From an uncultured Candidatus Saccharibacteria bacterium (GTDB taxonomy: Bacteria; Patescibacteriota; Minisyncoccia; Phycocordibacterales; UBA9973), in contig CAYOLW010000001.1 in NCBI GenBank assembly GCA_964404925.1, positions 105,408 to 169,407 of the forward strand: a stretch of 64,000 bases of DNA, in the 5' to 3' direction. The notes under the pieces were generated by a model. That model had not been told where the DNA came from and did not search any database. It saw only the letters and a program-made list of their open reading frames with translations. The position numbers and the translations under genes were made by a program. This document shows, one piece after another, positions 57,822-64,000 of this stretch. The first letter of the stretch is position 1; each line of letters opens with the position of its first letter.

Positions 57822-60038
57822 TTACTCAAAATGGAAATCCAAATTCTTTTTCTCCACTTTTTCTTTGAGGAAGGGGTATTCGGTAAGTAATGGGTCCTCA
57901 GATATCATGCGTACAGCTTCGGTGCGAGCGGCTTCAACCATTTTGATATTTTTGATTGCTTCCATCCCGAGGTCGGATATACCCCATTGCTTGGTCCCGG
58001 CCAGTTCACCAGATCCGCGCAGTGCCAGGTCGAGCTCGGAAAGCTCAAATCCATTTTTGGCAGTTTTGAGTGCATTTAACCGGTCCATGGTTTTGTCACT
58101 TTTTGCATCAGCGAACACATAGCAGTATGCCTGGTGGTTGCTGCGGATAACTCGTCCACGAAGTTGGTGTAGTTGAGCCAATCCGAATCGTTCTGCGCCC
58201 TCGATAATTATCACGGTAGCATTCGGTACATTAACCCCAACCTCAACCACCGAGGTAGCCACCAATATATCAATTCCTTTATTGGCGAATTTCTGCATCA
58301 CTTCTTCTTTTTTTTGTTTGCTCATTTTACTATGCAGGATTCCTATTTCGTATTTTTGGAAAACTTCTTTCTTGAGTCTTTTTGCTTCTGAGGTAACAGA
58401 TTTCATTTCGAGCGCGGCTTCTTCATCGTCTGCAATACGTGGACATATTACATATAATTGTCTTCCAGCTGCGAGCTCGATGTGGATTTTTTCATATACA
58501 TTTTCGCGTTTGTCTGGAGATACTATATCGGTCAGTACTTGTTTGCGTCCAGCCGGCATTTCCGCAAGCAAAGATAAATCCAAGTCACCGTATATAGTAA
58601 GCGCCAGTGTGCGTGGAATGGGCGTGGCAGTCATCGATAGGAGGTGTGGGGCAGTATTGTCCTTCCTAACTAATTTTTGTCTCTGGGCTGTGCCGAATCG
58701 GTGCTGTTCATCTATAATTACGAGTCCCAAGTCTTTAAATTTGACTGACTTTTGAATCAGCGCATGTGTGCCGACGACGATTGGAACCTCACCATTAGCT
58801 ACCCATTTTAAAAGCTGACTCCTTGAAATATCAGTCCAAGATTTAGGATTAATTTTAGAAGGGAATTTACGGCAGCCGCTGCCGGTGATTAGTCCAACAT
58901 TTATATTTAAGTATTCAAAATATTTAATGAAAGATTCGAATTGCTGCACAGCCAATATCTCTGTTGGTGTCATATAGGCTACCTGCAGATTTCCAAAAGT
59001 TTGTTTTCCGGGTCGGGTATTTACTGTGGCATATGCGGCGGCTGCAGCGACGAGTGTCTTGCCGGAACCCACATCACCTTCGAGTAATCGAGACATTGGA
59101 TAGTCGCGTGTCATGTCTGACAATATCGTGTCTATGGATTTTCCTTGTGAATCAGTAGGTTTAAAAGGGAAGCGTTTCAGAAATTCATCAGCATTGTTTT
59201 GTGACACCTTAAAGCTTTTGTGTTTTTTATATGCATTTTTATCTTGCTGTCGCCCGAGCTGGATTAGGAATACGTCTTCAAAGGCAAACCTTTTGCGGGC
59301 GGCTATTGCGTCGGACTCTTTGCGTGGGCGATGAATCCAAACTAGGGCAGTGGATAGAGTTGGCAGGTTGTATTTAGTAAGTATGTCTTTAGGTATGTAA
59401 TCCTCCATTCCATCAATGGTTTTTTCTTTCAGTATTTTTTCTACAGCATGATAAAACCATTTAGAAGTAATACCACGACTCTCTCGGTAAATTGGGTAGG
59501 AGAGACCACTCGTATACACAGGATTTTTCTGTGTTCCTCGCACACTTACCGCCTTGTCGGTAGAAAAATCCTGTGTATTCTCGTTACTATTTTTTTGTTG
59601 AAATAATGAATTGTGCAGATCAATCGGTAGGTCAGGTATCCGCTCGAATTCTGGGTTGGTTAGATAGTCTCCATTTTTACCGCCAGCTACCTTGCCGGTC
59701 ATTTTTACAGATTCTCCATCATGTAGCATTTTGGCTAGATATGCCTGGTTGAACCACATTATTTTTATCCGCCCAGACGTGTCCTCAATATAGCCTTCGG
59801 CCATAGGTATTTTAGATTTCCATGCTTTTTTAGTTTTAAGTCCAGAGACTTTGCCGAATACTGTGGCAACTTCTCCGGAGACGAGCTCATTAATTCTTTT
59901 GACTGTACTGATGTCGCTATAACGAGTAGGGAAGTAAAACAGGAGGTCCGCCACACTAAAAATGCCAAGACGCTTCAAAGCAGACTTGGCACCATCGTCG
60001 AGGCGAAAGTGATTTTCTAATTTATCACTGAGCTTCAT
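57822..60038 (-). CDS. recG: ATP-dependent DNA helicase RecG
   Basis: GDVGSGKT, DEQHRFG, MTATPIPRTL, QLHQLRGRV. Confidence 0.97.
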   Translation of the reverse strand: MKLSDKLENHFRLDDGAKSALKRLGIFSVADLLFYFPTRYSDISTVKRINELVSGEVATVFGKVSGLKTKKAWKSKIPMAEGYIEDTSGRIKIMWFNQAYLAKMLHDGESVKMTGKVAGGKNGDYLTNPEFERIPDLPIDLHNSLFQQKNSNENTQDFSTDKAVSVRGTQKNPVYTSGLSYPIYRESRGITSKWFYHAVEKILKEKTIDGMEDYIPKDILTKYNLPTLSTALVWIHRPRKESDAIAARKRFAFEDVFLIQLGRQQDKNAYKKHKSFKVSQNNADEFLKRFPFKPTDSQGKSIDTILSDMTRDYPMSRLLEGDVGSGKTLVAAAAAYATVNTRPGKQTFGNLQVAYMTPTEILAVQQFESFIKYFEYLNINVGLITGSGCRKFPSKINPKSWTDISRSQLLKWVANGEVPIVVGTHALIQKSVKFKDLGLVIIDEQHRFGTAQRQKLVRKDNTAPHLLSMTATPIPRTLALTIYGDLDLSLLAEMPAGRKQVLTDIVSPDKRENVYEKIHIELAAGRQLYVICPRIADDEEAALEMKSVTSEAKRLKKEVFQKYEIGILHSKMSKQKKEEVMQKFANKGIDILVATSVVEVGVNVPNATVIIIEGAERFGLAQLHQLRGRVIRSNHQAYCYVFADAKSDKTMDRLNALKTAKNGFELSELDLALRGSGELAGTKQWGISDLGMEAIKNIKMVEAARTEAVRMISEDPLLTEYPFLKEKVEKKNLDFHFE
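59514..59578. repeat. 17-bp perfect inverted repeat inside the recG coding sequence
   Basis: atacacaggatttttct / agaaaaatcctgtgtat; 31-nt spacer with two mini-hairpins. Confidence 0.8.
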
Positions 60039-60039
60039 T

Positions 60040-60411
60040 TTAGCTAACTAGGGATTTAACGCGTTCAGCGAGTTGGTCTAGGGTAAAATTGGATTTAACC
60101 ATAAATTCACTAATGCCGAGTTCGTTGGCTTTTTTGATATCTTTTTCTTCTGAGAGGTTAGAGAAAACAATAACTGGAGTTTTAGCATGTTTAGGCTCTT
60201 CTCGCATTTTCTCAAGCACTCCAAATCCATCTACTCCCGGCAGCATAAGGTCGAGCAATACAATATCTATGTGTACGTTTTTAGCAAAGAGTTCTAAGGC
60301 TTCTTCTCCATTATTGGAAGTCAAAACTTCATAACCTTCTTTGGTCATTTTCTTGGCTTCTAGCCCTTGTAGGAAATTGTCGTCTTCAACTATTAAAACT
60401 GTTTTAGCCAT
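60040..60411 (-). CDS. Single-domain response regulator (REC)
   Basis: VEDD, LLDLMLP, FSN, MVK. Confidence 0.93.
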   Translation of the reverse strand: MAKTVLIVEDDNFLQGLEAKKMTKEGYEVLTSNNGEEALELFAKNVHIDIVLLDLMLPGVDGFGVLEKMREEPKHAKTPVIVFSNLSEEKDIKKANELGISEFMVKSNFTLDQLAERVKSLVS

Positions 60412-60412
60412 A

Positions 60413-60787
60413 TTAGTTTATTAACATTTTTATCTTCTCTACTAGTTCGTCTAGAGTGAAGTTGGATTTAACCATAAAGTTGGAAATACCAAGCTTGGTA
60501 GCTTCTTTCACGTCTTTCTCTTCGTATAGGTTAGAGAATACAATAACAGGCACCTTACCAATAACCTCGTCTTTGCGGATAGTGCGTAAAATCTCGAATC
60601 CATCTACTCCCGGCAGCATAAGGTCGAGCAATACCAAATCAACCTCGCCCTTGCGGTCAGCAATAGCTTTGAATGCTTCATCGCTGTTTGAAGCGGTGAG
60701 CACTTCGTAACCTTTCTCTTTAAGTTTTTTTGCTTCTAGACCGGAGAGGAAATTATCATCTTCGATCACAAGTATTGTTTTAGCCAT
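60413..60787 (-). CDS. Single-domain response regulator (REC), paralog of its neighbour
   Basis: IEDD, LLDLMLP, FSN, MVK. Confidence 0.93.
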   Translation of the reverse strand: MAKTILVIEDDNFLSGLEAKKLKEKGYEVLTASNSDEAFKAIADRKGEVDLVLLDLMLPGVDGFEILRTIRKDEVIGKVPVIVFSNLYEEKDVKEATKLGISNFMVKSNFTLDELVEKIKMLIN

Positions 60788-60826
60788 ATGATAATTATAC
60801 TAATAATAGGGACTAGCGCAAGGATG

Positions 60827-61579
60827 CTATTTATATACTGGTAGGGTAAAGAAGAAAGTGGTGCCTTCGCCATGATTACTTTCAAACCATATTTTACCGT
60901 TGTTATCCTCGATTATTTTCTTGCTGGTAAACAGTCCAATGCCAGAACCCATGATTTCTTTTTTCTCAGCTTCTGGATCGCGGTAAAACTTTTGGAAAAT
61001 TTTGCTTTTACCTTCTGCAGATATACCAACTCCGGTATCTTTAACCGAAACTTGCATCATGCCATCAAGTTCTTTAATAGTGACGAAAATCTTGCCATGC
61101 ATATCACTGTATTTGACCGCATTTTCTATTAAGTTTTGTAAAACAACTCGCACTTTTTCTTTATCAGCATTTACTGCATGTAAGCGCTCAGGTTTTAGGA
61201 ATATTATTTCTACACCCTTGGCATAGGCTTCGCCGGTAAAGTCGAATATTACTCCATTGATGAGTTCAGATAAATCTACTTTACTAAATACATATTTTTT
61301 ATCTAGGATGTCTTCTGTTTTATTCGCTAGCAAAAGCTCGCTCACTATGCCGATAGCTCGGTCGTTGCCTTCGTAGGCTTTGCGCATTAGGTTTTCTTGC
61401 TCAGGGGTCATTTTGCCCAAATCGCCATCTAAGAACATTTTGATTATCCATTTAAGCGCAGAAAGGGAAGTACGCACTTGGTGCGCTGCAATAGACACAA
61501 TATCTGATTTGACTGAGTGGACTTCTTTTAAGTGTCCAACTTCTTCTTCTAATTTCTTTATCTGCTCGTCTTTTTCCAT
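60827..61579 (-). CDS. Histidine kinase (HisKA + HATPase) with no sensor or TM domain
   Basis: AHQVRT H-box, NLIENAVKY, DTGVG, GSGIGL. Confidence 0.92.
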   Translation of the reverse strand: MEKDEQIKKLEEEVGHLKEVHSVKSDIVSIAAHQVRTSLSALKWIIKMFLDGDLGKMTPEQENLMRKAYEGNDRAIGIVSELLLANKTEDILDKKYVFSKVDLSELINGVIFDFTGEAYAKGVEIIFLKPERLHAVNADKEKVRVVLQNLIENAVKYSDMHGKIFVTIKELDGMMQVSVKDTGVGISAEGKSKIFQKFYRDPEAEKKEIMGSGIGLFTSKKIIEDNNGKIWFESNHGEGTTFFFTLPVYK

Positions 61580-61611
61580 AGACTATATTATAGCATTAGT
61601 TTTGTTTGGTG

Positions 61612-61698
61612 CGGATAGGGTGGGATTCGAACCCACGGTTCTTTTTACAGAACGGCGGTTTAGTAAACCGCTGCCTTAAGCCTCTCGGCCACCTATCC
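61612..61698 (-). tRNA. tRNA-Ser(ACU), long variable arm
   Basis: GGAUAGG/CCUAUCC-G73; anticodon arm GCGGU-UU ACU AA-ACCGC; variable stem GUUCU/AGAAC; intact T-arm. Confidence 0.88.
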
Positions 61699-61784
61699 GT
61701 CCACCCAATATACAACAAGATTATTTTTTCACAAAGGCTCAATGGAAAATATAAATATATATGCTAAACTAACCACGTCTAAAC

Positions 61785-61876
61785 GGAGACGTGTCAGAGT
61801 GGTCTAACGTACCTCTTTGCTAAAGAGGCAGGGGCTTCAAAACCCCTCGGGAGTTCGAATCTCCCCGTCTCCGCCA
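61785..61876 (+). tRNA. tRNA-Ser(GCU)
   Basis: GGAGACG/CGUCUCC-GCCA; CCUCU-UU GCU AA-AGAGG; long variable arm. Confidence 0.95.
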
Positions 61877-61961
61877 GAATTGACACATATATTTTATTGT
61901 GTTATTAATAAAAGAGATACACCTTTGTTTTTTTCACCTTTTAACCTTTTCAGTTTTCAGC

Positions 61962-62111
61962 ATGAAAGGTACATTAATATTTTGCACCCTCGCTCTCGCT
62001 GCCTTATCTTTTATTGGCAAAATCGCTTTGCGTAGAAAGAAAAATTCTTCCATAAGAGAAGAACCGACGGATAATACTGGCACATTTATAGGGAGCGCAG
62101 GGCCCCAATAA
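61962..62111 (+). CDS. Small putative membrane-anchored peptide
   Basis: MKGTLIFCTLALAALSFIGKIALRRKK...; followed by a terminator hairpin at about 62135-62163. Confidence 0.4.
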   Translation: MKGTLIFCTLALAALSFIGKIALRRKKNSSIREEPTDNTGTFIGSAGPQ

Positions 62112-62183
62112 CAAAAAAACATTCAAAAACATTTAGCGGCCCACCTTCGGTGTCCGCTTTTTTATTTATGTTATAATTCCGAA

Positions 62184-62675
62184 ATGGAAGAAGAAATGTT
62201 AAACAGAAAGCAAAATCGTTTGTATTCTATATTTAAAAAATTACAAAAATTATTACACAAGACAAAAATACTTAAATACCCAGGTCGGCAGCCGTACCAT
62301 GTGGGGTGGTTAGCTCCGGGCAAATCTTTGGGTGACCTCAGGTTGTATTTGCATGCTAACTGGGGTTTCGGTGGTAAATTCATGTCTTTTGAGGATGCCG
62401 AGCAGGTTTTGAGTTGGCGTAAAATAGAACCACATGGTGGACAGTATCATATACGAGTTTTCAAAGACGGAGAAATTCGCGGTCACTATGAAAAAATGCC
62501 AGAAACTGGAGTGCTTGAACATCTGTCCGAGAGGGGTCAGCATGAAGCAAAAGAAGATTTTGTTAAATTCTTAGGGGACTGTATGGTAGAGAAAAAACAT
62601 TTGTCCAATATAACCAGAGACCCAAATGCTCTTGAACCAGAAGCTGAGATTCTGGAACCTAGTGAGCAAAAGTAA
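62184..62675 (+). CDS. Hypothetical protein
   Basis: ATG ORF; QYHIRVF.DGEIRGHYE looks like a conserved motif. Confidence 0.7.
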   Translation: MEEEMLNRKQNRLYSIFKKLQKLLHKTKILKYPGRQPYHVGWLAPGKSLGDLRLYLHANWGFGGKFMSFEDAEQVLSWRKIEPHGGQYHIRVFKDGEIRGHYEKMPETGVLEHLSERGQHEAKEDFVKFLGDCMVEKKHLSNITRDPNALEPEAEILEPSEQK

Positions 62676-63306
62676 AAGCAATTACTTTTCGGGCACCATG
62701 TTTCTTTAAAGTTTTTTTAGCCTCGGCTAGTGTAGCCCCTGTAGTGGTTACATCATCTATCAATATAATATTTTTGCCTTTAACTAATTCCTGATTAGTG
62801 ATAGTAAATGTGTCTACTAGGTTTCTCATTCTTTCAGTTTTATTCTTGATGCGTGCTTGGTGTTCTGTTTCTCGAGTTTTTACTAAAGCATTATATATGG
62901 GTTTAAAATTAGTATTTTTGTCTAACTTCATTAACTCTCTTACTATTATTTCTGTTTGATTATATCCACGCTCGCGGAGTCGTTTTCTGGACAAGGGGAT
63001 GGGTATTATATATGGTTCACGAAAATTTTCTATTAAGTATAAATCTGATAAAGTTGGCAGCATAATACTGTATATTGATAGGGCTATAGTCTCAGCAAGT
63101 ACTTTACAGTGTTTGTATTTCAAGAACCAAACTATTTTTTTAATTTTTGCATCGCGATAGTCATAAACAGAAAATATCCATTCCAGGTTTTCTCGTTCAG
63201 CCGGCCGGCATTCTGAAATACACTTCCTGCATACAGCACCTTGTTTTCCACAGAAAAGACACCTCAATGGTAGTAGTATGTTTAATATAGCGTCTAATAT
63301 TTTCAT
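62659..63306 (-). CDS. comF: ComF-family competence protein (zinc ribbon + PRTase)
   Basis: CLFC..CRKC, RERGYNQ, IDDVTTTGATL; start trimmed to ATG 63306. Confidence 0.92.
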   Translation of the reverse strand: MKILDAILNILLPLRCLFCGKQGAVCRKCISECRPAERENLEWIFSVYDYRDAKIKKIVWFLKYKHCKVLAETIALSIYSIMLPTLSDLYLIENFREPYIIPIPLSRKRLRERGYNQTEIIVRELMKLDKNTNFKPIYNALVKTRETEHQARIKNKTERMRNLVDTFTITNQELVKGKNIILIDDVTTTGATLAEAKKTLKKHGARKVIAFTFAH

Positions 63307-63343
63307 TATGCTATAATTATAAAGCATTTTAGCAAGATCAATT

Positions 63344-64000
63344 ATGGATATTTTTAAGAAAATTTTTGGCACCGCTTCATCGATGATGGGCGGAGGGCAA
63401 GGGGATGCAGCACTTGGGATAGATATAGGCACGTCAGCTATCAAAGTCGTAGAAATAAAAAAGAAAGGAGGTAAAGCCATGCTTGAAACATATGGTGCAA
63501 TTTCTCTTGGCCCGTATGCTGAAATGGATATGGGGAAGGTGACAAATCTAAGTGAAGAAAAAATAGCCGAAGCGCTCAAAGAAGTATTAAAGCAATCAAG
63601 TGCAATGACCAAAAGCGCAGTTGTGGCGATACCTGTTCAATCAAGTTTGATTTTCAATATTGCTTTGCCTCCGCATGTGAATCCAAGTGAGATGGATCAG
63701 GTGATTAGAACCGAAGCACGTAAATACATACCGGTACCAATGGATGAAGTAAGTTTAGATTATTTCGTACTTCCAGAAAAAGAACCTTCCTTTGAAGAAT
63801 CTAACAATCCAGATCACATAGAAGGTGCCAAGCATACTGAGGTCCTATCAGTAGCCATTCAAAATGAAGCAGTAAATCGTATACGCAATATCACCACTCA
63901 AGCCGAAGTTGAATCTTCGGAAATGGAAGTGGAGATTTTCTCTTCAATCAGGGCGAATTTTGAACACGAGCTTTCTCCTGTATTGTTGGTTGATTTTGGT
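63344..64000 (+). CDS. pilM: Type IV pilus assembly protein PilM (5' part; runs off the window)
   Basis: Manual translation: LGIDIGTSAIKVVEI...LETYG...EARKYIPVP...VLLVDFG. Confidence 0.88.
   Translation, partial: MDIFKKIFGTASSMMGGGQGDAALGIDIGTSAIKVVEIKKKGGKAMLETYGAISLGPYAEMDMGKVTNLSEEKIAEALKEVLKQSSAMTKSAVVAIPVQSSLIFNIALPPHVNPSEMDQVIRTEARKYIPVPMDEVSLDYFVLPEKEPSFEESNNPDHIEGAKHTEVLSVAIQNEAVNRIRNITTQAEVESSEMEVEIFSSIRANFEHELSPVLLVDFG

Noticed and set aside
434-61226. Many 60-180-aa ORFs antisense to or out of frame within conserved genes (e.g. 434-772, 13577-13978, 21809-22213, 38579-39100, 45819-46349, 58282-58755)
   Set aside because: Shadow ORFs overlapping well-supported genes, with no recognisable motifs.
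61380-62035. ORFs 61380-61679 and 61817-62035
   Set aside because: They are translations through the two tRNA-Ser genes.
63307-63612. N-terminal extension of ComF given in the ORF track
   Set aside because: It is antisense to pilM; the ComF zinc-ribbon domain begins just after ATG 63306.
1-64000. CRISPR array, retron or DGR
   Set aside because: I found no regularly spaced direct repeats and no cas or reverse transcriptase motifs; the repeats present are isolated inverted repeats.
1-64000. Alternative genetic code (UGA=Gly as in Gracilibacteria/Absconditabacteria)
   Set aside because: Conserved genes translate full length under the standard code, and TGA acts as a stop at 20614-20616.

Overview
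This is a gene-dense 64-kb chromosomal segment of a reduced-genome bacterium, most likely Patescibacteria/CPR (Parcubacteria-like). The lineage call is an inference from the absence of rplA, rpmC and rpmD at their usual positions, an archaeal-type UMP kinase, a large VirB4/TraG-like ATPase, comF-pilM and tRNA-Ile(UAU); the standard bacterial code fits. Core content: t6A genes (partial tsaD and a TsaC-TsaE fusion), murB, secE-nusG-rplK, dcd-folA-thyA, a DEAD-box helicase, rpsL-rpsG-fusA, an ABC exporter, the tuf-S10-spc-secY cluster, nucleotide kinases, infC-rpmI-rplT, smpB and tmRNA, ftsH, recG, a two-component set, three tRNAs and comF/pilM. Main findings: (1) a ~6.35-kb AT-rich element at the tmRNA 3' end whose serine recombinase gene appears split by its own att site, with the missing C-terminus in frame at the far end of the island; (2) island cargo of a KAP NTPase, a DUF2806-NUDIX fusion and two divergent structured RNAs, beside an XRE-ImmA/PIN-like pair; (3) a tRNA-Ser with the very rare ACU anticodon; (4) a compact 6S-like RNA; (5) a Bacteroidota-type T9SS-sorting-domain protein; (6) a family of long palindromes, one inside recG. 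All family assignments come from motif recognition by eye; no database search or folding program was run.
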